Origin: Candidatus Levyibacteriota bacterium
GTDB lineage: Bacteria; Patescibacteriota; Microgenomatia; Levybacterales; UBA12049
DNA length: 64,000 bases
NCBI GenBank assembly: GCA_016182235.1
Contig: JACOXT010000003.1
Coordinates: forward strand, 258,209-322,208
Direction: 5' to 3'
Under the pieces are notes generated by a model, which saw only the letters and a list, made by a program, of their open reading frames with translations, did not search any database and was not told the origin of the DNA. Within the stretch, counting starts at the first letter, position 1. Each line of letters starts with the position of its first letter. Shown piece by piece: positions 1-9,530 of this stretch. The translations under genes were made by a program, and so were the position numbers.

Positions 1-1
1 G

Positions 2-673
2 CAGAAACAAATACGGGAGCTTTCAAAAACCGACATAACTATTTTTACTCAGGACGATGTATTATTTGATAAAAATATATTATCGTCTGTTTTAAAAAGA
101 TTTGCCAAAAATCCCAAAACAACGATGATTTCTATTCCATATCTCCCAGTTAAAGCAACCAGTTTTTTTGAAGAGGTGATAAATGTGGGAACTAATATTG
201 TAAATAAGACTGTGGGGTATTGGAATAACGGGGATAATTACCTGTCATGTATTGGAAGATTTATGGCTTTTAGGACAGAAACTCTTAAGAAATTCAGAAT
301 GCCCAAAATTGCCGTATCCGACAATTATTATTATTTTGAAAACAAAAAAATGGGAGGAGAATATGAATATGCGCAAGAAGCAACTGTATATTTTAAGAAT
401 CCTCAAAACATGAAAGAACACTTAAGAAAAAGCAGCAGGTTCCAACATTCGCAAAAAGAGGTGATTCGTTATTTTGGAGATCTTTCTAAAGAATATACGA
501 TACCTAAGAGCGTGTTGGCTCGGGCGGCGATTCAGGAATTTTTAGAGAACCCAATTAATACTTTTCTTTACATATTTGTTTTTGCTTACACAAGAATTTT
601 AAAAATGAAACCTAAAGCTGTTTTAAATCCAATTTGGGAAGTTGATTTATCAACAAAAAAAGTTAGTAACTGA
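2..673 (+). CDS. glycosyltransferase family 2, C-terminal part (5' end lies outside the window)
   Basis: The frame of the listed ORF 125..673 stays open back to nt 2. The upstream translation reads ...TDITIFTQDDVLFDK, a GT2 DxD-type motif, and the gene sits in a glycosyltransferase cluster. Confidence 0.6.
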   Translation, partial: QKQIRELSKTDITIFTQDDVLFDKNILSSVLKRFAKNPKTTMISIPYLPVKATSFFEEVINVGTNIVNKTVGYWNNGDNYLSCIGRFMAFRTETLKKFRMPKIAVSDNYYYFENKKMGGEYEYAQEATVYFKNPQNMKEHLRKSSRFQHSQKEVIRYFGDLSKEYTIPKSVLARAAIQEFLENPINTFLYIFVFAYTRILKMKPKAVLNPIWEVDLSTKKVSN

Positions 674-675
674 TT

Positions 676-1851
676 GTGAGAAAATTAAGAATTCATGTCA
701 TTAACAAATATTTTTATCCGGTTACAGGAGGAGGTGAGGTTAATATTCAAGAAACGCATAAGCACTTTCTGAATAAGGGCTGGACTGTTACTGTACATTC
801 CTCTCAAGACACTCTGACTGAAAAAAATGTTCTAGCAAAATATGATGAGATAGAAGGAATTAAAATTATGCGGTATCCTTATAGAAAATTTGGATTTTTT
901 CCTAGAATTGACTGGAATGAAACGGATGTTATTTCTCTTCATAATTTTAATATATTCCCTCACTTTCAAATAATGCTTTATGTTATATGGTTGAAGTTAC
1001 TAAAAAAGAAAAAATTTATATTCGGTCTTACTCCTCATGGAGGCTTTAATCCAGAATGGATAACGTTTGGTAGGTTAGCTGGAATAATAAAAAAAATTTA
1101 TCATTATACTGTTGGAGTCGTTCTAATTAATGCAAGCTTAGATATAGTAAGAGCAGTATCTGAGTGGGAACATGATCAGCTTGTTCTAAAAGGCGTAAAC
1201 AAGAAAAAAGTTGTTACACTTACTAATGGAATAGAAAATGAAGCATATCTTGATATTGAAAAGCTCGCCAGCAAAGAAACTAAAGAAAAAATTAAATCTT
1301 ATGGAAAATATATTTTACAAGTAGGAAGAATTCATCCAATCAAAAACTACGAAATAACAATAAAAGCCTTAGTCAAGTTAAAGGATATAAATTACTTGAT
1401 TGTAGGGCCGGATCAGGATTTGCAATATAAATTAAAACTTAAAAATCTTATTAAGAAATTAAAACTCGATGAAAGAGTCAAGTTTCTTGGATCAGTGACA
1501 GGTATTGACAAATTTTATATTATGAAAAATGCGGAGCTTATGGTTCACATGGCGAGCTGGGAAAGTTTTTGCAATGTAGTTCATGAGGGGATGAGTCAGG
1601 GATTGGTTTGCATAGTGTCAGACAGAACTGCTTTGCCACATCTCGTAAAAGATGGAGTCAATGGTTATTGTCTCGATGTTTATGATGATGAGGCATTGGC
1701 TAAAAAAATTAAATTTGTTTTGGAAAATAAAAACTCGCCAGTAATTAAAGGCATTAAAAAAAGAAATATCCAACTTGCTAAAGATCATACATGGGAAAAC
1801 GTTTCAAAAGAAGTTGAAAGATTCTATTTAAATCTTTACAAAAGTATTTAA
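676..1851 (+). CDS. glycosyltransferase family 4 (GT-B, RfaB-like)
   Basis: 391 aa with a GTG start. The C-terminal half has the typical GT4 layout (...VHMASWESFCNVVHEGMSQGLVCIVSD...VNGY), resembling the EX7E region. Confidence 0.7.
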   Translation: MRKLRIHVINKYFYPVTGGGEVNIQETHKHFLNKGWTVTVHSSQDTLTEKNVLAKYDEIEGIKIMRYPYRKFGFFPRIDWNETDVISLHNFNIFPHFQIMLYVIWLKLLKKKKFIFGLTPHGGFNPEWITFGRLAGIIKKIYHYTVGVVLINASLDIVRAVSEWEHDQLVLKGVNKKKVVTLTNGIENEAYLDIEKLASKETKEKIKSYGKYILQVGRIHPIKNYEITIKALVKLKDINYLIVGPDQDLQYKLKLKNLIKKLKLDERVKFLGSVTGIDKFYIMKNAELMVHMASWESFCNVVHEGMSQGLVCIVSDRTALPHLVKDGVNGYCLDVYDDEALAKKIKFVLENKNSPVIKGIKKRNIQLAKDHTWENVSKEVERFYLNLYKSI

Positions 1852-1856
1852 CCTCT

Positions 1857-3410
1857 ATGAGAATTGTAAGAAAAATACTAAATCTATTGTTTTATCTTTT
1901 CGTGGTTGCTATTTTAGCGTTGTCTCTCCGCGGAAACCTCGGGAGTCCTAACAGTATTGAGATGAATTCGGTGGAATGGAAAAGAGAGGGACCTTTCGAA
2001 CTATCCCCGGAACGTGGAAGAATTGCGCTCGTCTACTCACTGGTTGAAAATAAATCATTCATATTTGATTTGAATATTACAAAATTCACAGCGCCCGATG
2101 TCGCTCAAAGAAAGGATGGGGAATTCGTTTCTCTCTTTGCTCCGGGCGTATCCTTTACTGCAATACCAGGGTATGTTATCGGGAAATATTTCGGTGCTTC
2201 GCAAGTAGGAGCATACGCAACAAGTACATTATTCGCGTTATTAAATGTTGTTTTAATCCAGTTTATTGCAAGAAGATTTGGCGTGACTAAAGCTGCATCT
2301 ATGATTGCAAGTTTGACATATTTATTCGCATCTCCTGCGTTTGCTTATGCCATTAATCTTTATCAGCATCACATCTCAACGTTCCTAATATTATTGTCAG
2401 TTTATATATTGATTAGTTGGAAAAATATTTGGTCTCTTGCGGGCATTTGGTTTTTGTTTGCCGCATCTATTGTGATTGATTATCCAAACGTGGTTCTTTT
2501 ATCGCCAATAGCGATATTTGCCTTAACAAGAATATTTGTTTTTAAGACCGATCAAGAGAAATTAGTGATTAAGTTTAAATACTTCGCATTCTTAACTTTT
2601 TTTACAGCACTCATTCCAATCGGATTTTTTATGTGGTCCAATATAGAATCTTACGGTAATCCTTTGCAACTATCAGGAACTCTTGAGAGAGTTAAGGTAG
2701 TCCAAGACGAGTCGGCTCTTACGGATAGGCAGTTAGTGCAACGCGAATTGGAAGGGAAAAATCCCGATAAAAAAGAGAAAACTGCTACAGGTTTCTTTCA
2801 AACAAGGAAACTACTTGACGGATTTTACATCCATATACTTAGTGATGAAAGAGGAGTTCTTTGGTATACGCCCGTCATGCTTTTTGGAATTATTGGCGCT
2901 TGCCTTCTTTATAGAAAAAAAACTACGATATATGTCGTTTTGATTGGGATTGTTGGTTTAAACATTATCTTATACTCAATGTGGGGAGATCCGTGGGGCG
3001 GTTGGGCATTTGGTTCAAGATACCTAATTCCAAGCTATGCCATTTTGTCCGTCTTTATAGGGATTGCGCTGTCATATTTTAGAAAGAGCTATATTTTTCT
3101 TGCCATATTTTTGCCCGTTTTTATTTATTCTGTTCTTGTTAATGCACTAGGAGCAATTACTACGAGTACTATACCGCCGAAGATTGAAGCGGTTGCGCTT
3201 GAAAAATTATCCGGAGTTGAGGAAAAATACTCATTCAATAGAAATATAGATTATCTTTTGTCAAATCAGTCAAAATCATTTATCTGGCGTACTTTTGCGA
3301 AAGATAAAATCCCTGCAGTTAGTTATTATTGGATTCTCGTTTCCTCAGTCTTAATTGTTTCAGGAAGCATTCTGGCATATATGAAATTAATGGAAAGTAG
3401 GGATGAATAA
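1857..3410 (+). CDS. polytopic membrane protein, GT-C fold (ArnT/PMT-like) glycosyltransferase candidate
   Basis: 517 aa with more than 10 predicted TM segments. It sits in a glycosylation operon, and its stop overlaps the start of the next gene. Confidence 0.45.
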   Translation: MRIVRKILNLLFYLFVVAILALSLRGNLGSPNSIEMNSVEWKREGPFELSPERGRIALVYSLVENKSFIFDLNITKFTAPDVAQRKDGEFVSLFAPGVSFTAIPGYVIGKYFGASQVGAYATSTLFALLNVVLIQFIARRFGVTKAASMIASLTYLFASPAFAYAINLYQHHISTFLILLSVYILISWKNIWSLAGIWFLFAASIVIDYPNVVLLSPIAIFALTRIFVFKTDQEKLVIKFKYFAFLTFFTALIPIGFFMWSNIESYGNPLQLSGTLERVKVVQDESALTDRQLVQRELEGKNPDKKEKTATGFFQTRKLLDGFYIHILSDERGVLWYTPVMLFGIIGACLLYRKKTTIYVVLIGIVGLNIILYSMWGDPWGGWAFGSRYLIPSYAILSVFIGIALSYFRKSYIFLAIFLPVFIYSVLVNALGAITTSTIPPKIEAVALEKLSGVEEKYSFNRNIDYLLSNQSKSFIWRTFAKDKIPAVSYYWILVSSVLIVSGSILAYMKLMESRDE

Positions 3411-5040
3411 AATGAATAGTACAAAGACTCTTAATATTTCACTAAATAATTCTTCTTTTGCAAAAAAGATATCTCAATTTTGGGCAAGATACCATGTGTC
3501 TATCATTATAACCCTCCTTATTATCGCGTCGGTATTTGCTTTTGGTGTTTATTATTTGAATGGGTTAGGGTTGTCTTATAATGATGCTCGTTCGCATCTT
3601 GATATCGGACGGCGCGTTGTTGAAGGGTTAAAACCTGGGCTTGCTCAGCTTGGTTCAGTATGGCTTCCTCTTCCCCATATCCTAATGGTTCCAACGATTT
3701 GGAATGATTTTTTCTGGCACTCGGGCCTTTCAGGAGCAATTCAGTCTATGGTTTCTTTTGTCACAACAGCGGTAATAATCTATATGTTCCTGAAAAAAAT
3801 TGGGGTTTCAATATTTGGCAGGATTATTGGAGTTTTAATTTTTACTCTCAATCTCAATATTTTATACCTTCAGTCAACTGCAATGACAGAACTTCTTCTT
3901 ATCGCGACAATGACTACAGGAGTTTACTATCTTATGCTTTGGTCGAAAGATGAAAGAATATTAGATCTTATAAAATCAGCTTTTTTTGTTATGCTTTCGA
4001 CGCTTGTTCGATATGACGGATGGTTTTTACTTATACTCTCAATTATTCTCATCGCGATAGAAGTTTTGAGGAAAAAAGGGTATAAGGTGACTGAGGGAAC
4101 AGTTATTTTATTTGCAACACTTGCAGGATTCGGTGTTGCACTGTGGTTTTTATGGAATCTTTTGATCTTTAAAGACGCACTGTACTTTATTTACGGGCCT
4201 TATTCTGCCCGCGCGCAACAGCTTCAGCTTGAAGAAGCAGGAGTATTAGCAACCAAAGGTGATATTTTCTTCTCAACAAAAGTTTATCTTTACGCGCTTT
4301 TATACAGCTCAAACGCTTTCATTACGATTTTAGGATCTATCGGAGCGGTTATTTTCTGGCTGGACAAAAAAATAAAAACATCGATCAAGATTGTATCAAC
4401 CGCTCTTTTTGCTCCTCTTGCTTTTAACATTTTAGCTCTATATTTGGGCCACTCAGTTTTATTCGTCCAAGGGTTATCAGGCGACACATGGTTTAATGTC
4501 CGATACGGAGTAATGATGATGCCCCCAATTGCCATATTTGTTGGTTATCTTACGCATAAAGCAACATCATTGAAGTATGTTTTGGTGGGTCTTATTACTT
4601 TTGTTTTATTCTTTTCTTTTGTAAATCTTGACGCGGTTACAATTGACGACGCAAGAGTTGGATCAAGTCAGAAAAATGTTTCGGAGGTAAGTAATTGGTT
4701 AAAAAACAATGCTGACAAAGATGGATTTATTCTTATTTCCGCTGCCTCGCATGATGCTATAATATTTTCTTCAGGTTTTCCCATGAGTAAATTTATCCAT
4801 GAAGGTACGGGAGCCTATTGGGAAAGCGCAACAATCTCTCCTGACCGTTGGGCGCGCTGGATTGTCATGAGGACAAATGACGTAAACGATTCAACATTTA
4901 AACTTGTAAGCGAAAGCAAAGCGTATGAGTTAGGTCGATACACTCTTGTTAATCATTATCCATTCGCGGATATATATGAAATTAAGCCGGAGTTTGTTGA
5001 GAACCTAAACACTGAGTTTTCAATTAGAATAAGCAAATAA
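3403..5040 (+). CDS. polytopic membrane protein, GT-C fold (ArnT/PMT-like) glycosyltransferase candidate
   Basis: 545 aa and multi-TM, with an acidic first loop (SYNDARSHLDIGRR) and a C-terminal soluble domain. It overlaps the upstream gene by 8 nt. Confidence 0.45.
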   Translation: MNKMNSTKTLNISLNNSSFAKKISQFWARYHVSIIITLLIIASVFAFGVYYLNGLGLSYNDARSHLDIGRRVVEGLKPGLAQLGSVWLPLPHILMVPTIWNDFFWHSGLSGAIQSMVSFVTTAVIIYMFLKKIGVSIFGRIIGVLIFTLNLNILYLQSTAMTELLLIATMTTGVYYLMLWSKDERILDLIKSAFFVMLSTLVRYDGWFLLILSIILIAIEVLRKKGYKVTEGTVILFATLAGFGVALWFLWNLLIFKDALYFIYGPYSARAQQLQLEEAGVLATKGDIFFSTKVYLYALLYSSNAFITILGSIGAVIFWLDKKIKTSIKIVSTALFAPLAFNILALYLGHSVLFVQGLSGDTWFNVRYGVMMMPPIAIFVGYLTHKATSLKYVLVGLITFVLFFSFVNLDAVTIDDARVGSSQKNVSEVSNWLKNNADKDGFILISAASHDAIIFSSGFPMSKFIHEGTGAYWESATISPDRWARWIVMRTNDVNDSTFKLVSESKAYELGRYTLVNHYPFADIYEIKPEFVENLNTEFSIRISK

Positions 5041-5056
5041 TTATAAGAATATAAAT

Positions 5057-6082
5057 ATGTTTATAAAAATATATGTTTTATTATTATTGATTTTAACAGT
5101 AACTGTCGGGATTTTTTTTCTTAATAAGGCTGACGATTTTAAGTTAAAGAATCCAGTGTCTCCTGAAAGGAAAGATCTTAGGAGAATTACCTCAGTTGAC
5201 ACAATGAAATATTCAAGAGATATTGCACGGGAGAAGCTTAAAGATTTGTCTTTTGACAATACTATAGAAAAACAAGTGAGAGATGTTGCTGCAACAGGAG
5301 CAACTCATGTGGCGGTAGGTACTCCTTATGATGACGAGTTCTTGCCATACCTAGACCGTTGGGTATCAACAGCAAGAAAATATAATCTCAGCGTCTGGTT
5401 TCGCGGAAATTTATCTGGGTGGGAAAAGTGGTTTGATTATCCTACAATTGGAAGGGATGAACATACGGCAGGGATAGTTAAATTTATTAATAACAACAAA
5501 TCTCTTTTTGAAGACGGAGATATTTTTGTGACTTGCAATGAATGCGAGAATGGCGGACCGGGAGATCCAAGGCATAATGGAGATGTTGCGGGTCATAGGG
5601 AGTTTCTGATCAAGGAATACAAGGAAGCAAAAAAGGCATTTGAGAAAATAGGTAAAAAGGTAGCTGCAAATTTTAACTCTATGAATGGAGACGTCGCTCG
5701 TTTAATTATGGACAAGGAAACAACAAAGGCGTTAGGCGGAATTGTTGTTGTAGATCATTATGTAAGAAGTCCCGAAGTTTTGGCAGAAGATCTAAAAAAC
5801 ATAGCGGAAAAAAGCGAAGGCAAAATAGTCCTTGGAGAATTCGGTGTGCCAATTCTGGACATAAACTCAGATATGACAGAAGAAGAGCAAGCGGATTGGA
5901 TAAACGAAGCTTTGGCACGAATATTTCTGATCCCAGAAGTAATAGGTGTAAATTATTGGGTAAATTTGGGAGGATCTACAAGTATTTGGAACGAAAATGG
6001 AAGTAAGAAATCCTCTGTTGATGTTATAACAAGTTATTACACAAAAAATAAGAAGAAGCTTCCTCGAAATCCTATTTTTTAA
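5057..6082 (+). CDS. membrane-anchored clan GH-A (GH5-like) TIM-barrel glycoside hydrolase candidate
   Basis: N-terminal TM segment. The NECENG and LGEFG motifs are spaced like the acid/base and nucleophile glutamates of clan GH-A enzymes. Confidence 0.45.
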   Translation: MFIKIYVLLLLILTVTVGIFFLNKADDFKLKNPVSPERKDLRRITSVDTMKYSRDIAREKLKDLSFDNTIEKQVRDVAATGATHVAVGTPYDDEFLPYLDRWVSTARKYNLSVWFRGNLSGWEKWFDYPTIGRDEHTAGIVKFINNNKSLFEDGDIFVTCNECENGGPGDPRHNGDVAGHREFLIKEYKEAKKAFEKIGKKVAANFNSMNGDVARLIMDKETTKALGGIVVVDHYVRSPEVLAEDLKNIAEKSEGKIVLGEFGVPILDINSDMTEEEQADWINEALARIFLIPEVIGVNYWVNLGGSTSIWNENGSKKSSVDVITSYYTKNKKKLPRNPIF

Positions 6083-6145
6083 TCTTATAGAAATCATCTT
6101 AAATTTATCTATTTGGCTTTTTAATAATCTAAATTATTAGAAGAT

Positions 6146-6174
6146 TTGACTTATAGTTGATCTTATGTTATCCT
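6146..6174 (+). promoter_or_regulatory. sigma70-like promoter (TTGACT-N17-TATCCT) for the sortase-substrate gene
   Basis: The hexamers were read directly with 17-nt spacing. They are followed by a pyrimidine-rich 42-nt leader that has no Shine-Dalgarno sequence. Confidence 0.4.
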
Positions 6175-6216
6175 ATAACCCTAAGGTTTTCTGCCTCTGT
6201 CCTCTGCCTCCATTTT

Positions 6217-6813
6217 ATGAAAAGCAAAATTTTTGTCTCTCTATTAATTTTGTCTTTATTAATTAGCCTTACAGATTTTGCTTCAAAAGCGTCTGCAATA
6301 GAAGCTCCTAATTTTCCATTATGTACAAGTCCTCAAGGAGAAGTTCTCGCAAGTTACTCGAGTGGAACGCATGGAGTTCCAGGCGATTCAACAACCTATT
6401 TGGGAGAGGATGTTGTTTTTAAAGTAAATGAAAATCAAGTTCTTCAGTGTTTGTGCACGATTGATGGTCAAGGCATCCAGACAAACTGGTGGCAATTTGA
6501 GGCCCTTTCTATAGATCAAATAGAAACTCTCAAGAGTCAAGGGTGGATTTTTGTGCCGGATGGATCTTTGTGGGGACTTAAATCTGTGCCCTATTTTGCT
6601 AAAAATGCAGGATTTGCCTGTAGACCCCCCGGACAGCCTGGTGCAGGAGGAGAAGTAATTTCTGTAGGAGCAAAAGGAGAAATATTAGGTGTTTCTCTTG
6701 CTCCAACTGGAAATATAGTATATATTTTAGGAGCCTTTTTGATAGGAGGAATTTTAATATTAGCAGGCGTACTTCTAAGATTAAAAACAAGAAAACATCT
6801 CGGAATAAAGTAA
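6217..6813 (+). CDS. secreted surface protein with a C-terminal sortase sorting signal (LAPTG + TM + basic tail)
   Basis: I take the start at the internal ATG that gives the signal peptide MKSKIFVSLLILSLLISLTDFASKASA. The C-terminus reads LAPTG-NIVYILGAFLIGGILILAGVLL-RLKTRKH, and a sortase gene lies directly downstream. Confidence 0.7.
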   Translation: MKSKIFVSLLILSLLISLTDFASKASAIEAPNFPLCTSPQGEVLASYSSGTHGVPGDSTTYLGEDVVFKVNENQVLQCLCTIDGQGIQTNWWQFEALSIDQIETLKSQGWIFVPDGSLWGLKSVPYFAKNAGFACRPPGQPGAGGEVISVGAKGEILGVSLAPTGNIVYILGAFLIGGILILAGVLLRLKTRKHLGIK

Positions 6814-6947
6814 GTTTTTTTTCCACAAGATTAACATCGCTTGGTGTTTTAATTCTTTTTTTAGGAGGAATACTTATTTATCAGCATTATACGCCTCAAA
6901 GACCCCCCTTCAAGAATTTTAAACCCACTTCACAGGGGGAGCGTCAA

Positions 6948-7331
6948 GTGAGAGTTCTAATACCGTCATTGAATATGGATCTAGAGATTTTTCCTGCAAA
7001 AATTGTAAATAATAGGTGGGAGATAACTGCTCAAGGCGTTTCATATCTTTCCTCGTCACCGCTTCCGGGAGAAAAAGGAAATAGTGTTTTATACGGCCAT
7101 AACTGGACTAATATTTTGGGTAATTTAATAAAAATAAAACCAGGAGAGGAGATAGTTATAGTTTCTAATAGAAATAATAAGAGGACTTTTGTGGTGGAAC
7201 ATATATCCGTTGTGGATCCAGAGAATACCCAAATACTTGCAAATACCAGCGATAGACGAATAACTTTATATACTTGTTCAGGTTTCTTGGATTCGAAGCG
7301 TTTCGTCGTGACCGCTCTTCTTAAATCTTAA
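6948..7331 (+). CDS. sortase (cysteine transpeptidase)
   Basis: Catalytic His context LYGHNW, catalytic Cys in ITLYTCSG (TLxTC motif), and a downstream Arg (SKRF). The GTG start is preceded by AGGGGGAG. The frame is open further upstream and encodes a TM-like segment with no canonical start (see findings). Confidence 0.75.
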   Translation: MRVLIPSLNMDLEIFPAKIVNNRWEITAQGVSYLSSSPLPGEKGNSVLYGHNWTNILGNLIKIKPGEEIVIVSNRNNKRTFVVEHISVVDPENTQILANTSDRRITLYTCSGFLDSKRFVVTALLKS

Positions 7332-7389
7332 TTTATTTTAAGTCACTTTAGAAAATATGAAGCTTGAATTATAATTATTTTATACTCTT

Positions 7390-7977
7390 ATGGAAAACGA
7401 GATTAAAAAAGCTGTTGAAATATTAAAAAGAGGAGGGATAATTATTTTTCCAACGGACACTGCTTATGGAATAGGTTGTAGAATAGATAATGAAAAATCA
7501 ATAAAGCGTTTATTTGATATTCGGAAAAGACCGGTAAAACAGGCAACTCCTGTTTTGGTAGACTCAATTAAAATGGCGCAACGTTATTTACAGCCAATTC
7601 CGATAGGGGTAAAAGAGGAATTAATGAACAAGTATTGGCCGGGGGCACTCACTATAATACTTCGTTGTCTCAGAACAAAGGTCCCAAGTTTAGTAAGAGG
7701 AGGAAGAGGCACCCTTGGAGTAAGAATGCCAAATCATGAAATTATAAGGACTGTCATTGGGCGTCTTGGCGTTCCGGTTCTAGCCCCTTCTGCGAATTTT
7801 CATGGCAATAAGACGCCATTCAGATTCAAAGATTTAAATCCTAAACTCGTAAGCAAAGTAGATTATGCATTGCAACACGATTCAAGTTTAGGTAAAACTG
7901 TTTCGACAGTGATTGACTGCTCAAGAAAACCTTGGAAAGTAATAAGACAAGGAGCGATAAAAATTTCTAAGTTCTAA
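7390..7977 (+). CDS. tsaC: L-threonylcarbamoyladenylate synthase (TsaC/YrdC)
   Basis: YrdC signature GGIIIFPTDTAYGIGC; ~195 aa; adjacent to tsaB. Confidence 0.85.
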   Translation: MENEIKKAVEILKRGGIIIFPTDTAYGIGCRIDNEKSIKRLFDIRKRPVKQATPVLVDSIKMAQRYLQPIPIGVKEELMNKYWPGALTIILRCLRTKVPSLVRGGRGTLGVRMPNHEIIRTVIGRLGVPVLAPSANFHGNKTPFRFKDLNPKLVSKVDYALQHDSSLGKTVSTVIDCSRKPWKVIRQGAIKISKF

Positions 7978-7994
7978 TTACTAATGCCTAAGAT

Positions 7995-8306
7995 ATGACT
8001 ACATTGATTATTGATACAGCTAATAATAGACCAATAACTGTAGGGGTGAAAATTAATGGTGAAGACTTTAAGAGTACTGAAAATATAACTTCAAGGAGTT
8101 CACGAATTGTTCTTTCTATGATTGATTCAATTTTGAGGAAACATAAGATAAGATTAAGGGATATAGATGGGATTTTGGTAAATACAGGACCAGGGTCGTT
8201 TACTGGCTTGAGGGCAGGGATCGCTATTGCCAATGCCTTATCATATACCCTAAAAGTTCCAGTTAATGGCAAAAAATTAGGCGCAAAAATCACTCCTAAA
8301 TATTAG
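7995..8306 (+). CDS. tsaB: tRNA t6A biosynthesis protein TsaB, truncated (N-terminal domain only)
   Basis: GPGSFTGLRAGIAIANAL motif. Only 103 aa. Confidence 0.65.
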   Translation: MTTLIIDTANNRPITVGVKINGEDFKSTENITSRSSRIVLSMIDSILRKHKIRLRDIDGILVNTGPGSFTGLRAGIAIANALSYTLKVPVNGKKLGAKITPKY

Positions 8307-8321
8307 TGATATAATAAATTA

Positions 8322-9206
8322 ATGCTAGATTTTTTTCACCATCTCTTTGTTCCAAGAGACTTAAATAATCATAGAGCGAAAATTTTACACAATTCAAATC
8401 TTCTCCTTGCAATAGTTTTTCTTATTCTCACAAGTTTTTTTGTTCAAAAAGTAAGTCAAGCTTTCCCCTCAATTCTTGGAGTCTCAACGGATATTACCAT
8501 AGATGCCCTTTTTCTTTTAACCAATACTAAAAGACAAGAAAACGGTATTCATTCTTTGTCGTTAAATGCGCAATTATCTGAGGCAGCTTCGAAAAAAGCA
8601 GATGATATGTTTCAATACGGCTACTGGGCGCATAATTCACCAGAAGGTAAAACTCCTTGGGTATTTATAAAAGGAGCGGGTTACAATTATGTTTACGCCG
8701 GAGAGAACTTGGCACGAGGATTTACTTCAACAGAAGATGTTATAAATGCCTGGATGGAAAGCCCAACACACAAAGCTAATATGCTCTCCTCAAATTATCA
8801 AGATGTTGGATTTGCAGTAAAAATAGGACAACTTGATGGCGAGGAAACGGTTTTGATTGTTGAGGAATTCGGTAATCAAAATATCCCTATTATAGCCGCG
8901 AAGCCTGTCCTCGAGCCTAAGTCTGTAGAGAGAGAACTAAGTTCTATCCAGACAGAAGCTATTATGGAAAAACCGCTTGTCCAAAATACACCATCTTTCA
9001 ACAAGCCACTACTGGATAAAGCGTCTGTTTCCTCCAATGTAAATAAAGTGGCGCTTTCCATTTTCGTTTTTTCACTATTTATAGATATGATTGTTGTAGA
9101 GAGAAAAAAGATTGTCAGATTTGTTGGCCATAATTTAGATCACATATTTTATCTTTTGCTTGTATTTTTACTTATCGGCGCATTAAGTAAAGGAGTTGTC
9201 ATTTGA
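8322..9206 (+). CDS. CAP/SCP (YkwD-like) domain protein with N- and C-terminal TM segments
   Basis: Motifs YGYWAHNSPEGKTPW, GENLARGF and WMESPTHKANML. GATATAAT lies 6 nt upstream of the ATG. Confidence 0.7.
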   Translation: MLDFFHHLFVPRDLNNHRAKILHNSNLLLAIVFLILTSFFVQKVSQAFPSILGVSTDITIDALFLLTNTKRQENGIHSLSLNAQLSEAASKKADDMFQYGYWAHNSPEGKTPWVFIKGAGYNYVYAGENLARGFTSTEDVINAWMESPTHKANMLSSNYQDVGFAVKIGQLDGEETVLIVEEFGNQNIPIIAAKPVLEPKSVERELSSIQTEAIMEKPLVQNTPSFNKPLLDKASVSSNVNKVALSIFVFSLFIDMIVVERKKIVRFVGHNLDHIFYLLLVFLLIGALSKGVVI

Positions 9207-9463
9207 TGATTGAATCCTTATCTAAAAAACATATCTTTTATTATTTAGCACTTATTCTCATACTAATTCTCGGATTTTTATTAGCCTACATCAACTCCTC
9301 AAATAGACAGATTCAAATATTGGCAGTCGTTTTTACTGCCATCTCCTATGTTTTCTGGGGAATTCTGCACCATTTATTTAATCATGACTTAAGTATGAAA
9401 ATTATGGTAGAATATGTACTTATTGGCAGCTTGGGCTTAGCAATAATATTAATTCTTTTATGA
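9203..9463 (+). CDS. small membrane protein (3 TM), unknown function
   Basis: 86 aa and hydrophobic. Its start overlaps the upstream stop (ATGA). Confidence 0.5.
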   Translation: MMIESLSKKHIFYYLALILILILGFLLAYINSSNRQIQILAVVFTAISYVFWGILHHLFNHDLSMKIMVEYVLIGSLGLAIILILL

Positions 9464-9472
9464 CCCGTTCTA

Positions 9473-9498
9473 GGCTTCGACTGAGCTCAGCCGAAGTC
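9473..9498 (+). terminator. GC-rich palindromic hairpin (GGCTTCGACTGAGCTCAGCCGAAGTC), terminator-like
   Basis: 13-bp arms with one mismatch, centred on GAGCTC, 10 nt after the stop codon. It belongs to the GC-rich hairpin repeat class seen elsewhere in the window. Confidence 0.4.
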
Positions 9499-9530
9499 TT
9501 AACTTAGGGTCATAGTGAACTTGTTGAACT

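Noticed and set aside
3521-4535. Antisense ORFs 3521..3739 and 4290..4535 inside the GT-C gene. Similar short antisense ORFs occur throughout (for example 5041..5259, 5411..6097, 6599..6826, 8876..9061, 9747..9959, 11484..11672, 16277..16477, 17619..17801, 18689..19819, 20513..20818).
   Set aside because: Each lies wholly within a longer, motif-supported gene on the opposite strand. Their composition is typical of antisense translation (Leu/Ser/Phe/Ile-rich), and they have no start context.
7988-8293. 101-aa minus-strand ORF mirroring tsaB.
   Set aside because: The plus-strand frame carries the TsaB GPGSFTGLRAG motif and follows tsaC. The mirror ORF is a by-product of that frame.
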